The notes: a model not told the origin generated them from the sequence alone. Counted from the first letter of the stretch, positions 38,912 to 49,217 are shown. The stretch is DNA of 64,000 nucleotides from Alphaproteobacteria bacterium (GCA_965216755.1 CBDCGL010000011.1:672001-736000), one strand, 5' to 3'. A program made the numbers and translations.

Positions 38912-41059
38912 TCAAGCCACTCCGGCGACGTGGTGTCGGTTGGGCTCGCCGACATCCGTGTACGCGACGACTTCGAAGTTTCCATAGGCGTCGACGCGAA
39001 AAGACTGACCGGGGTGCACAACGACAGAGGTTGCTTTCGTCTCCACCACGGCCGGGCCGTCGAGCGTATTGCCCGGCAGCAAACGATGACCGTCATAGAT
39101 GGCTGTTGACTGGCGCGTGGCGATTTCGGCCCAATAGACGAGACGAGGCGATCTAAGGGCCGCAGCCGGGATCTCTTTTGTCAGATCGCCACTGGCCTTC
39201 AGTTGTGGTTTTGTTGTCGCTGCGGACGCCCGACAACGAAACGTGACGATTTCTAGATCGGCACCAGGCAACGCGGCACCGCGACCGTAGAGCCTCTCAT
39301 ACTGTGAAACGAATGCCGTGCGCAGCGGTTCCAGATCCGTCGGCGACAGCGTCTCGCCAACCATTTCCACTTCGACTTCGTTAATTTGGCCCTTGTGGCG
39401 CATATCAAGGGAAAAACGAAAGCGCTGGTGTGACGCCGCAATGCCCTCTTCATCGAGACGGGCGCCTGTGCGTACCTTAAGTTGGCTGAGTATGTCGTTG
39501 ATGCGCGCCGGTTCAAACGGCGATGCCATGATTTCGACCTGCTCGTCGACATGAAGGATATCCGCGGCAGCGGCACCGAATGCGCACCACACGGATGCCA
39601 TCTCACGCTGCGGAATAATGACTTTGCGCACGCCCAACTCGCGGGCCGATACGCCAACATGCACCGGTCCCGCGCCGCCAAACGCAAACAGCACGAAATC
39701 CCGCGGGTCAAAACCCTTTTGGATTGTGACTTTTCGGATTAAGTCGGCCATTTGGAATTCAGCAATTTTGGCAATACCGCTGGCACAAGCGTCGAGATCC
39801 ATGCCAACCCGATCGGCGATATCCGCAATCGCGGCTTCGGCCGCCGACCGATCCAACGACATCGCGCCACCCGCGAAGTTGTCCGGATCCAAATAGCCAA
39901 GCACCAAATCCGCGTCCGTGACGGTCGGCGCGGTGCCGCCGCGGCCATAACAGACGGGTCCCGGATCCGCACCCGCGCTTTCCGGACCGACGCGCAGGGT
40001 GCCCGTGGACTCATCGATCCAAACCATGCTGCCGCCACCGCTGCCGATGGTTTGAATATCAACCTTTGGCAAGTAATACTCGTATTGATTGACCAAGCTT
40101 CGATACGAGGCAGCGGGCCTACCGTCGGCGATGATGCCGACATCGAACGACGTTCCGCCCATATCGGTGGTGATGATATTTTCGTAGCCCATGACGTGGC
40201 CGGCAAACTGCGAACCTGTGACTCCCGATACGGGACCGGAATCCAAAGTCAGTAATGGTGCTGCCATGGCACGCGCGACGGAGATCGTACCACCGGCGCA
40301 TTGTGTGATCTGCAACGGCCGGCCATAGCCGCGCTCCTTCAACAAGGTGTCAAGCGATGCCAGGTAGTGCGTTGTGGTTGGTCCGATATAGGCGTTTAGC
40401 GCAACCGCCGTGGTACGTTCGTATTCGCCCCACTTCGGCACGAGTTCGCTGGAACAGGTGACAAAAAGCGCCGGATCAATCTCCGCCACCAGGTCGCGTA
40501 TGCGCTGTTCGTTTCGCGAATCTAGGAACGACCAGAGAAAGCAGACGGCCAGCGCTTCAACCCCTTTGTCCAGCAAGCTACGAATGGCGTCCCGTGCCTC
40601 TGCTTCATTGAGATGAACGACTGTATTGCCGAAGCAATCGACTCGCTCTGAAACACCCTCGACAAAACGTTTGGGGATAATCGGGTCAGGCTTGCGGCTC
40701 TCTGGAATGTGTACAACGAGCCGGATGTCGCGCCCCGTCAGCCCCCGCGATCCACGCATGATGTGAATGACGTCATTGTGGCCTTTGGTCGTAATCAACC
40801 CGACCTTGGCACCACGCTTCTGAATGATGGCGTTGGTGCCGACAGTGGTTCCGTGGCCGAGAACTCGGATTGCACCCAACAGTTCCGACAAAGTGAGATC
40901 CAAGTCTTCTGCCGCCAATTCAAGCGCCGCGATCATGCCGTCGGCGAAGTCGGGCGGTGTCGATGGCGCCTTTGTCGTCACGGTCATGCCGTCGTCGCGG
41001 ACGACAACACAATCGGTGAAAGTCCCGCCAATATCGACCCCACACAAATAGGTGGTCAT
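38912..41059 (-). CDS. Hydantoinase A/oxoprolinase-family ATP-binding subunit
   Basis: GVDIGGTFTD, HGTTVGTNA, EYERTT, SGPVSG, DMGGTSFDV, GPESAGADPGPVCYGRGG, FGGAGPVH. Confidence 0.94.
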   Translation of the reverse strand: MTTYLCGVDIGGTFTDCVVVRDDGMTVTTKAPSTPPDFADGMIAALELAAEDLDLTLSELLGAIRVLGHGTTVGTNAIIQKRGAKVGLITTKGHNDVIHIMRGSRGLTGRDIRLVVHIPESRKPDPIIPKRFVEGVSERVDCFGNTVVHLNEAEARDAIRSLLDKGVEALAVCFLWSFLDSRNEQRIRDLVAEIDPALFVTCSSELVPKWGEYERTTAVALNAYIGPTTTHYLASLDTLLKERGYGRPLQITQCAGGTISVARAMAAPLLTLDSGPVSGVTGSQFAGHVMGYENIITTDMGGTSFDVGIIADGRPAASYRSLVNQYEYYLPKVDIQTIGSGGGSMVWIDESTGTLRVGPESAGADPGPVCYGRGGTAPTVTDADLVLGYLDPDNFAGGAMSLDRSAAEAAIADIADRVGMDLDACASGIAKIAEFQMADLIRKVTIQKGFDPRDFVLFAFGGAGPVHVGVSARELGVRKVIIPQREMASVWCAFGAAAADILHVDEQVEIMASPFEPARINDILSQLKVRTGARLDEEGIAASHQRFRFSLDMRHKGQINEVEVEMVGETLSPTDLEPLRTAFVSQYERLYGRGAALPGADLEIVTFRCRASAATTKPQLKASGDLTKEIPAAALRSPRLVYWAEIATRQSTAIYDGHRLLPGNTLDGPAVVETKATSVVVHPGQSFRVDAYGNFEVVAYTDVGEPNRHHVAGVA

Positions 41060-41159
41060 TGCACTGCTCAAGCCTCAGGCGATGGCCGCGCGAAATTTGC
41101 CCGTACAACGACACGACAACAGCTCACTGACGGCATCGATTTCCGTTTCAACTGTTATT

Positions 41160-41177
41160 ATTTATCGTTCGATAAAT
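41160..41177. promoter_or_regulatory. Putative TetR operator, copy 1 (ATTTATC-GTTC-GATAAAT)
   Basis: Perfect 7-4-7 palindrome upstream of the hydantoinase operon; identical arms at 41983. Confidence 0.75.
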
Positions 41178-41234
41178 TAATAGAGCAGTCTCTCAAAGTG
41201 GTGTCAAGGCCGACGGCCTTGGTCAGGGAACCGC

Positions 41235-41882
41235 TTACTTTGAACTGTTGCCAAATGTCTGCACGGTCTGTGGCAAGCCGTCGAGCATCGTGTCGACGAA
41301 TTCCTCGATCACCAAATCCAAGCGGCTTGGGACCTTCAATTGATAGATATATTTGCGAATGCCGTAATAGATGATGCCCCCGTGCAAGTTCCAAACAAGC
41401 TCAAGCTCGCGTTGGCTGATCGATGTCCGGTCCGGATCATCAACACCGTAGGCGGCGCGGGTCTCGCGGTAGATCGTCTTCAGGAGCTGGTTCTCGACGC
41501 GCTTGATGTACTTCTGGTTCGGCACGGCACCCGCGAGTCCGGAAAACATATAGATGCGCATCCATTCATAGGTAAAGATGGTCGCGGTGTAGTCCGTATA
41601 AAACTCGATCAAACGTTGCCGCAGCGGTCGCGATCGATCCTGCAGCTGCTCTTGCCATTCCTTCTTCCATGGTTTCTCAAACAACTCGTGGTAGATGCGG
41701 TCGAGCAAATGCTGCTTCGACGGAAAGTATTGGTACAAGAGCGGTTGCGTTATGCCGAGTTGTTCCGCAAGCGCGCGCGTTTGGCCGTTCAGGCCGACTT
41801 CGGCAAAAAAACGGATGGCACCCGCGATGATCTGCGCTTCACGATCATCGGGTGACAGTCGGCGGCGTCGCGATGTGCTCAC
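41235..41882 (-). CDS. TetR/AcrR-family regulator
   Basis: REAQIIAGAIRFFAEVG...TRALAEQLGITQPLLYQYFPSKQHL HTH. Confidence 0.93.
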   Translation of the reverse strand: MSTSRRRRLSPDDREAQIIAGAIRFFAEVGLNGQTRALAEQLGITQPLLYQYFPSKQHLLDRIYHELFEKPWKKEWQEQLQDRSRPLRQRLIEFYTDYTATIFTYEWMRIYMFSGLAGAVPNQKYIKRVENQLLKTIYRETRAAYGVDDPDRTSISQRELELVWNLHGGIIYYGIRKYIYQLKVPSRLDLVIEEFVDTMLDGLPQTVQTFGNSSK

Positions 41883-41982
41883 GTATCGAACTCTTCGTCA
41901 TGATGGCCGGACCAGCGGCCGGTTCCTTGGACGTCAAGACAATCCATTGAATCGTGTTGACCATAGGTTGGCGCCAGGTATA

Positions 41983-42000
41983 ATTTATCAGACGATAAAT
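41983..42000. promoter_or_regulatory. Putative TetR operator, copy 2 (ATTTATC-AGAC-GATAAAT)
   Basis: Same palindromic arms, in the divergent tetR/Mo-hydroxylase intergenic region. Confidence 0.75.
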
Positions 42001-42277
42001 AAATGGCGCGGAATTTCGTCAACCCGATACAACAGATAGCGAACTTGAGATTGCGAAAGAAGCGCCATTCAATCGGGTGACATGTCGCCCTGGGGAGGGA
42101 AGATTGCCGCTTCGCGGTCGCAAAGCTTGCGGATTCTGAGGCGACCGTTGCCATACTGAAAGCAAGCCGCTCTCAATGAGTTGGTTTGTCACGAGACGAT
42201 CTACTGAGGCGTCTTTCCACTGACCGGTGCTGCATCGTCGCTTCGGACGACTCCACAATATAGGGAGATGCATGCCG

Positions 42278-43147
42278 ATGAAACCGCCCGTTTTTAATTA
42301 CGAAAAACCGGAGACTGTCGACGGCCTCATTGCGGCGCTCGCGCGGTATGGCGATGCGGCCAAGATATTGGCCGGCGGTCAAAGCCTGGTGCCGATGATG
42401 AACTTTCGGCTAACAGCCCCGAGCGTGTTGATTGATATCAATGGTTTGGAAGATCTGGACTACGTTCGGATTGCGAACGGAAAACTTCAGATCGGGGCGC
42501 TAGCCCGGCATACGACCTTGTGCCAATCGGCCGAAGTCGCCGAAAACTGCCCGTTGATGGCCGAAGCCTACGCCTTTGTGGGCCACAAACCGATCCGCAA
42601 TCGGGGCACGCTCGGCGGCAATCTGAGCCATGCCGACCCCTCGTCCGAGATGCCCGCCGTTATGGTGTGTCTGGAGGCCACATTCGCTCTGTGCGGGCAA
42701 GATGGGACGCGCCGCGTTCCTGCCAGCGAATTCTTCCAAGGTCCACTTGAAACCGCTCTGGATCCGTCGGAATTTCTTGCCGAGATAGAGCTGGATTGTC
42801 ACGACGGCAAAGAAGGTTGGTCGTTCCAGGAAGTCAGTCCGCGCAAAGGCGATTTCGCCACCGCCGCGGTCGCCGCCACCATGACCATGGATAGTGGTGT
42901 AAGTCGGACAGTTCGCATCGCTCATGCTGGTGTCGCCGGACACGCATCGCGTGCGCCGGCCGCCGAAGCCATGTTGGCTGACAAACAGCTTGACGACGGG
43001 TTGATTGCCGAAGCGGCCGAAATGATCGCGTCCAGTGCCGAACCGGCCGTTCTTAACTATCACGGTGACGACGCCTACAAGCGCGACTTGTTGCGGGCGT
43101 TATCCCAACGGGCGCTGAAGCAAGCACGTGAGCGGTGTGCCCGCTGA
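42278..43147 (+). CDS. Xanthine dehydrogenase-family FAD subunit (CoxM/CutM-like)
   Basis: MKPPVFNYEKP, LAGGQSLVPMMNFR, IRNRGTLGGNLSHADP, RKGDFA. Confidence 0.93.
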   Translation: MKPPVFNYEKPETVDGLIAALARYGDAAKILAGGQSLVPMMNFRLTAPSVLIDINGLEDLDYVRIANGKLQIGALARHTTLCQSAEVAENCPLMAEAYAFVGHKPIRNRGTLGGNLSHADPSSEMPAVMVCLEATFALCGQDGTRRVPASEFFQGPLETALDPSEFLAEIELDCHDGKEGWSFQEVSPRKGDFATAAVAATMTMDSGVSRTVRIAHAGVAGHASRAPAAEAMLADKQLDDGLIAEAAEMIASSAEPAVLNYHGDDAYKRDLLRALSQRALKQARERCAR

Positions 43148-43168
43148 CGCATCGCGCCGGGTAGGAGA

Positions 43169-43681
43169 GTGATCATGACAATGACAGAATCGACGGGGAA
43201 CCGCGAACAAGTTCGCGTATCACTAGATGTTAATGGCGTCCATTACGAACGCGACATTGAACCGCGCAAACTGCTTTCAGACTTCTTGCGCGAAGATCTT
43301 GGTTTGACCGGTACGCATGTTGGGTGCGAGCAAGGGATATGTGGCACCTGCAATGTGCTTGTCGACAGCCAATCAGCGCGCGCCTGCCTGTTGTTCGCGG
43401 TCCAGTGCGATGGTGCCCAGTTACGTACGATCGAAGGGCTGGGAACCGTCGACAACATGCATCCCGTGCAAGAAGCCTTCTGGGAAAATCATGGGCTGCA
43501 ATGTGGGTTTTGTACGCCCGGTATGCTGATCTCGGCGGTCGAACTGCTCGAAAACAATGCGTCGCCATCAACCGAAGAAATACGCGAAGCAATATCGAGC
43601 AATTTGTGCAGATGCACGGGCTATCAAACCATCGTCGAAGCGGTGCAGGATGCGGCCCAGCGTATGGGAGGGGCAAAGTGA
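43169..43681 (+). CDS. Xanthine dehydrogenase-family [2Fe-2S] subunit (CoxS-like)
   Basis: GCEQGICGTC...C, QCGFCTPG, NLCRCTGY. Confidence 0.95.
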   Translation: MIMTMTESTGNREQVRVSLDVNGVHYERDIEPRKLLSDFLREDLGLTGTHVGCEQGICGTCNVLVDSQSARACLLFAVQCDGAQLRTIEGLGTVDNMHPVQEAFWENHGLQCGFCTPGMLISAVELLENNASPSTEEIREAISSNLCRCTGYQTIVEAVQDAAQRMGGAK

Positions 43682-46146
43682 TGACGCGCGGACAAGAGTT
43701 GTTGAAGAAGTCGCGGCAGAAGGAGGCTCCACGCGACGAATATAAATGGATCGGCAAGGATATGAAGCGGGTCGAGGACCCCCGATTGCTGACCGGTCAG
43801 GGAAGATATATCGACGACATTCAATTGCCCAACATGGCCCACGCTGCGGTGCTCGGTAGCCCTTACGCCCATGCCAAGATCGTGTCGATTGACAAACAGC
43901 GCGCGGAGGCGCTGCCGGGTGTTGTGTGTGTACTGACTGGGGCCGATATTGCCAAAACAACCGGTCCGGTGCCGTCTTTTGGAAGCCCGCCATGCACGCA
44001 ACATTGCGTTGCAATTGATCGCGTGCGTCATGTCGGCGAGGCAGTGGTGGCTGTCGTTGCCGAAACGCGCTACATCGCCGAAGACGCGCTGGCGCTGATC
44101 GACGTCACCTACGAGGAGTTACCGGTTGTCGTGGATCCGGAGGCCGCCGTCACGTCGACGGGCGACGCCGTGCTACATCCGGAACGGGGCGACACGAATG
44201 TTGCGCTGCAAAAAAAGTTCACTTTCGGCCCCGTCGATGATGACTTCAGCAATGCCGATCGAATCGTCAAAAGAAAGCTGCGGTGGCCAAGGTCGGGCGC
44301 ACAACCCATGGAGACCGTGGGGGCGGTGGCAAACTATGATCCGGGTGCCGGGAAGTTCACGGTCCATGCCAATATCTCGATGTACAACTATGTTGGCTGG
44401 CTTATTGCTGTCTCACTTAACGTGCCGGCCACAAAATTGAATATCATTCCAACGGACGCCGGCGGCAGTTTTGGCAGCAAGCTGTTTGCGCACAAGGTGC
44501 CGACGCTGACCGCCGCGCTGGCACGCGCCGCGGGCCGGCCGGTCAAGTATTTGGAAGACCGGTCCGACAATATGGCCAATTGCGACAATCATGGGTCTGA
44601 TCGCGTCTACTATGCAGAAATGGCGCTAAAGGACGGCCTGATGACCGGCCTACGGTTCAAAGTCATCGATGACTACGGCGCCTACTTGCAGTTTGGCGTC
44701 GGCCATCACGCCAACGCGCTTTCCCAGGCATCCGGGCCCTACAAGCTCACCAGCGTTGAGATGGATTTGACCGCAGCCTTCACCAACAAGTGCCAGCAGG
44801 GCGCCTATCGCGGGTTCGGCTCGGAAGTGATGAACTTCCTACTGGAACGCATGGTCGACGCGGCGATTGACGAAGTCGGCGCGGATCCGATCGAGTTCCG
44901 CCGACAGAACTTGCTTAAGCCAGAAGATTTCCCGCATGTCATCCCGACCGGCAATCTTTACGACAGCGGCAATTATCCGGCGGTACTGGATGAAGCTGCG
45001 AACCAGCTTGACTATCAAGGTTGGCGCCAAAAACAAGCCGAGGCGCGCAAGGACGGCCGATATATCGGCATCGGCGTGGCGTCATGCCAGGAACGAAGCG
45101 TATTCAGTGCGACGGAGTTTTGGTTCCTGAACCCGACCGATACGCCGGGTTTCACGCTGACCAGTTCGCCGGAGGGCGTTTCGGTCAAGATCGATCCGAC
45201 CGGCAAAGCCTTTGTGACATTGAACGCGCCGTTTTGGGGCAATAGCCCCGAGACGGTTGTAACGCAAGTCTTGGCCGAACAACTGACCATGGATCCGGCG
45301 GATATCAGCATCGGTTATTCAGATACCGATTCGGGGTTGAGCGGCACCGGACCAGGCGGCAGTCGCTATACAGTGATGATTGCTGGCGCGCTTTCGGGGG
45401 CGGCCGAAAAGATCAAAAAGAAGCTCCTGACTGTGGCAGGACATATGCTGGAAGCCAGCCCGGGCGATCTGGAACTGGCCGATGGCCGGGTGACCGTAAA
45501 GGGCGTGCCGGAACATGGCAAAACCATCGCCGAAATCGCATTGCACGCACATTATTTTCGGTTGTCCATGCCGGATGAGCCGGAATTAACCAGCGGTATC
45601 GACGCGAGCCACACCTACGACCATCCGCTGACCACCATGCCATCGGACGACCGGACCGATCTTGGCGTCTTCTATCCGATCATGGGTCATATGTGCCACA
45701 TGCCCGTGGTTGAGGTCGACATAGAGACAGGCAAGATCTCGTTCCTCGACTATGTCGCGGTGCACGACTGCGGCACGATGGTCAACCCGATGACCCTGAA
45801 GGGCCATATCCGTGGTGGCACGGCGAGCGGCATTGGTTCTGCAGTCTATGAGCATTTCTACTATGACGAGAATGGACAGCTGTTGACGGCCAATTTCTCG
45901 GACTATCTGATCCCAACACTGCACGAACTGCCGGAGAATTTGCGCACGGGACATATCGAATCGCCATCGCCTTTTACGGAGTTTGGCATTAAGGGTGGTG
46001 GTGAGGGCGGCCGGATGGGGGCACCGCCGGCGGTGGCGGCAGCGGTCGAAGATGCGCTGAAGCCGCTTGGCGTCAAAGTCGACGCGTTGCCACTAACGCC
46101 CATTAACTTGCGTCGCCTCATTCGGTCCGCGCAGCAGAGCGCGTGA
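43681..46146 (+). CDS. Xanthine dehydrogenase-family molybdopterin subunit (not a CO dehydrogenase by motif)
   Basis: RVEDPRLLTGQGRYIDD, GGSFGSK, GAYRGFG loop, HDCGTMVNP, GIKGGGEG; TGATG overlap with the S subunit. Confidence 0.92.
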   Translation: MTRGQELLKKSRQKEAPRDEYKWIGKDMKRVEDPRLLTGQGRYIDDIQLPNMAHAAVLGSPYAHAKIVSIDKQRAEALPGVVCVLTGADIAKTTGPVPSFGSPPCTQHCVAIDRVRHVGEAVVAVVAETRYIAEDALALIDVTYEELPVVVDPEAAVTSTGDAVLHPERGDTNVALQKKFTFGPVDDDFSNADRIVKRKLRWPRSGAQPMETVGAVANYDPGAGKFTVHANISMYNYVGWLIAVSLNVPATKLNIIPTDAGGSFGSKLFAHKVPTLTAALARAAGRPVKYLEDRSDNMANCDNHGSDRVYYAEMALKDGLMTGLRFKVIDDYGAYLQFGVGHHANALSQASGPYKLTSVEMDLTAAFTNKCQQGAYRGFGSEVMNFLLERMVDAAIDEVGADPIEFRRQNLLKPEDFPHVIPTGNLYDSGNYPAVLDEAANQLDYQGWRQKQAEARKDGRYIGIGVASCQERSVFSATEFWFLNPTDTPGFTLTSSPEGVSVKIDPTGKAFVTLNAPFWGNSPETVVTQVLAEQLTMDPADISIGYSDTDSGLSGTGPGGSRYTVMIAGALSGAAEKIKKKLLTVAGHMLEASPGDLELADGRVTVKGVPEHGKTIAEIALHAHYFRLSMPDEPELTSGIDASHTYDHPLTTMPSDDRTDLGVFYPIMGHMCHMPVVEVDIETGKISFLDYVAVHDCGTMVNPMTLKGHIRGGTASGIGSAVYEHFYYDENGQLLTANFSDYLIPTLHELPENLRTGHIESPSPFTEFGIKGGGEGGRMGAPPAVAAAVEDALKPLGVKVDALPLTPINLRRLIRSAQQSA

Positions 46147-46261
46147 GGCGCAGAATCGGGCGCGCGAGTCTAGATCCAGCCACGTCGGTCGCACCTCTCC
46201 AACCCTGCGCAAGGCCCCATGGGACACGTTGACTTGTTCGCGGGAGAGGGGATGGAACCGG

Positions 46262-46295
46262 AAAAAAATAGGCGCCGGGCCAAAGGCTCGGCGCC
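46262..46295 (-). terminator. Intrinsic terminator after the DUF2852 gene
   Basis: GGCGCCGGGC-CAAA-GGCTCGGCGCC hairpin with a T7 tract on the minus strand. Confidence 0.65.
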
Positions 46296-46319
46296 ATTCG
46301 TTTAAGAAGGAAGATTGGC

Positions 46320-46775
46320 TCAGGCAGCCGGTTGCGGCGCCGGACCTTCGGGCTTGTCGCCATCCCCGCCGGCATCTGGCCGCGAGGCCTGTCGGCGGCG
46401 TTCGTCCATGAACTGGTCGAACTCCATCTTATCCTTGGCATGGCGCAGGCGATCGAGGAACGTCATGAACTCCTCTTGTTCGTCTTCAAGCCGGCGCAGA
46501 GTCTCCTCGCGATATTCGTCAAAAGCGCGGTTGCCGCTCGAAGGAGGGCTTCTGCGACCGCGCCGTCGCTTGCGGCGCCGACCTTCGTCGCCGTCCGCGT
46601 TTTCACTGAAGTGCCAGCGGCCCGGGCCGCGATGTTTCCAGCATCCCATGCGTCCACTCCATAGCAAATAGGCCAAGATCGCGAGGCCAATGGGCCAGAC
46701 AAAGACAAAGCCGAGGACCATCAGCACGATCCAACCTGCCTTGCCGTAGTCGTCGATTCTTGCTGCGAGATCCAT
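46320..46775 (-). CDS. DUF2852-family membrane protein
   Basis: WIVLMVLGFVFVWPIGLAILAY, SSGNRAFDEYREETLRRLEDEQEEF...LRHAKDKMEFDQFM. Confidence 0.88.
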   Translation of the reverse strand: MDLAARIDDYGKAGWIVLMVLGFVFVWPIGLAILAYLLWSGRMGCWKHRGPGRWHFSENADGDEGRRRKRRRGRRSPPSSGNRAFDEYREETLRRLEDEQEEFMTFLDRLRHAKDKMEFDQFMDERRRQASRPDAGGDGDKPEGPAPQPAA

Positions 46776-47374
46776 TGTGTCCCCATGTTAATGTATTTTA
46801 CATTCACAGAAGTGGCGATAGGTCGCCAATCTGTCAAGGGATGCGCGGTACGATATTTTCGCCTTCTAGCGTGCCGTTGACTTCGGCGAAGGGATACTCT
46901 CGCGATAACGCATCGACCGCACCTCTTGATCCCGCGTATCGCACTAAATGCACGCAACGCTGGCGGCCAAGGCAAGTCCTCCACCGGCGTCCAAGATACC
47001 GGCAAACGCCAGAACCGCGGCGATGCCATAAACATTTGCAAGTGATTCGCTGACAACGTGACTGGACATGAATGCCTCCGTTACCCCATTTGGGGCGCAC
47101 AGTCTCTCCAGTCATCTCGATCCGTCGCGGTCATGGCCGGTCATCTCGGACGCGGCAAGGTTCGTCTTGTTTGAACGTAAGCTACCAAAACCGCGCATGG
47201 TTCGCTGTGAACAGGTTCACGGACACTGGCGAGAAAGTCGTGAAATTGGCTGTGATAGGGTGACGGCCACTAACCGCGGACCACAACAGCGACTCTTGTT
47301 GCGTGTCTCGCCGTGTGCCGCAATGCTAAGTAATCGCGTGCTTTCGATCCTGACAACGGGGGCGGGTAAACGCA

Positions 47375-47917
47375 ATGAGTGAAGCGCGGCCGCTTGGACC
47401 CACCGCGCCGCGGAAGAACATCTGCCTCTTTATCGCCGTCAGCGTCGCAATGGCGATCTTGATGTGGCCAGTGGCCGTGCGCGCTGATGACGTGGCGCAT
47501 GAACGCAAACAACGGAAACACAACCCCATAAAAATTGAAGCTATCCGCGGGCTCCATTTTGGCGACATGGTGCCTAGCCAATTTGGCACCGGTACGGTCA
47601 GCATCAATGTGGCCAATGGGCGCAAAACAGTGGGCGGCGGCGTCATCGACCTGGGCGGTCGCCATAGTCGCGCGCAATATCGGATCAAAGGCAAACCAAA
47701 AGCGCGATTTATCATCGAGCCCATGGAGCGGACGACCTTATATATGGCCGGTGCCGAGTTGCCGGTCGTTGACATCGTGACCATTCCGGAGCGTGAGGGC
47801 CGATTCGGACCGGACGGGCGGGCAATTGTTGTGGTCGGCGGAACCTTGCTTGTCGACCCGCGCCAGGACCCCGGCTCCTATCGTGGGCACCTTCTCGTAA
47901 CCGTGGTATATCAATAA
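47375..47917 (+). CDS. DUF4402-like exported pilin subunit 1 (basic, atypical N-terminus)
   Basis: Signal peptide; PIKI...LHFG...GTVSI; VVGGTLLV...GSYRGHLLVTVVYQ. Confidence 0.8.
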   Translation: MSEARPLGPTAPRKNICLFIAVSVAMAILMWPVAVRADDVAHERKQRKHNPIKIEAIRGLHFGDMVPSQFGTGTVSINVANGRKTVGGGVIDLGGRHSRAQYRIKGKPKARFIIEPMERTTLYMAGAELPVVDIVTIPEREGRFGPDGRAIVVVGGTLLVDPRQDPGSYRGHLLVTVVYQ

Positions 47918-47991
47918 GTTACCGGATATTTATCGATCTTTAAAAGATCTCGAGCAGGCTTCCAGCAAGTACGTCAGCCGGGTCGAGATCT

Positions 47992-48435
47992 ATGGCAATT
48001 TCCTGCCGCGTGTGCGCGGCGTTTCTTTTGTCTGTACAGGCACCATTGTCGGCGTGGGCGCAGGCGACGGTCAACACCGACATATCTGCGACAGTCGTAG
48101 CACCAACACCAAGCGTGTTCGCTCTGCGGCCTTTGACCTTTGTTCGTACAGCGCAGGCGCATGGTCACGAAGATCTGGGTGGGGCCCAGAGCATCCCGGC
48201 GATAGTGGTGATTCGCGACACGGCGCAGTTGCAATATCAGATTGAAACGTCCGCTTCGGCAATCGTTGTGGGGGGACACAGGCCGTGTGAATGGGACTTC
48301 GTGACGGCTGCCAGCTTGTCCAATCTCGGTAATCCAGTCGATATTGTGGAATTGAGCGGTCCACTATCCGCGGTTGATTTGGACCGATCTTATATGGAAC
48401 CAGGATTCTTACCGCTAATTCTACACTATGAATAG
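47992..48435 (+). CDS. Divergent DUF4402-like pilin subunit 2
   Basis: Signal ending AWA, ISATVVAP N-motif, C-terminal LILHYE; position in the array. Confidence 0.6.
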   Translation: MAISCRVCAAFLLSVQAPLSAWAQATVNTDISATVVAPTPSVFALRPLTFVRTAQAHGHEDLGGAQSIPAIVVIRDTAQLQYQIETSASAIVVGGHRPCEWDFVTAASLSNLGNPVDIVELSGPLSAVDLDRSYMEPGFLPLILHYE

Positions 48436-48680
48436 TTGTGTGACGAGCACACCCAGCACGGTGTTTTTGGCTCACTACGCGCCAATGCGAAGACTCATAT
48501 GGACATATTATCCACTTGCTTCCGCCGCGCGCGTGCGTATGATTTGCCTCACTCGGTTCGGCTTACAAATCGCATTGCCATGGTCTGCTGGACAACGTTT
48601 CCGACGTGCAATGAATGCGTGCGAAATCCCCACGGCGCCATCCGACGATTCTATCGAGCAGAGACGGTAGCCATGACAGG

Positions 48681-49217
48681 ATGCCCTCGGGTACTTCTGT
48701 TCGGCTGATAATTATCGCTGGAGCCGCCTTGGCGTTCACTGTCGCCAACCAAGTCCAAGCCGGCGTGGGTGGCGGCGTCGGCGCGTCGGCAAGTCAAACC
48801 ACGAGCGCAAGTGCCAATGTCGTTTCGCCAATCACGCTGACCAACAACGTTGGTCTGTCCTTCGGCACATTTGCACCGTCGACCAATCCGGGCACGGTTA
48901 CTGTTGACGTTGCGGGCGGAAGATCCGTTGTCAATGTCGGTGCGGCCGGTGGCACGGTGACAGCCGCAATTTTCTCAGTGGGTGGCGAGACAGGCAACAT
49001 CTTCGACATTACTTTGCCATCCAGTACAAGTATCGATCTGGTTTCAGGCGGCGGTGACCCGATGACGGTTGATAGTTTTGTCAGTGTTCCGGCGACGTCC
49101 GGGACTTTGTTCGGCGGCGCGTCGAGTCTATTTGTCGGCGCCACCCTCAATGTCAATGCCAATCAAACGGCCGGTTCCTACGAAGGCAATTTTGATGTCA
49201 CGGTGGCCTATCAATGA
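48681..49217 (+). CDS. DUF4402-like pilin subunit 3
   Basis: Signal ending VQA; ASANVVSPITL...LSFG...GTVTV; FVGATLNV...GSYEGNFDVTVAYQ. Confidence 0.88.
   Translation: MPSGTSVRLIIIAGAALAFTVANQVQAGVGGGVGASASQTTSASANVVSPITLTNNVGLSFGTFAPSTNPGTVTVDVAGGRSVVNVGAAGGTVTAAIFSVGGETGNIFDITLPSSTSIDLVSGGGDPMTVDSFVSVPATSGTLFGGASSLFVGATLNVNANQTAGSYEGNFDVTVAYQ

Noticed and set aside
43324-43680. 119-aa N-terminal extension of the Mo subunit in the ORF track
   Set aside because: Overlaps the [2Fe-2S] gene; the real start is the TGATG-coupled ATG at 43681.
42278-46146. Aerobic CO dehydrogenase (coxMSL)
   Set aside because: Gene order fits, but the active-site loop is AYRGFG, not form I AYxCSFR or form II AYRGAGR, and there are no coxDEFG accessory genes.
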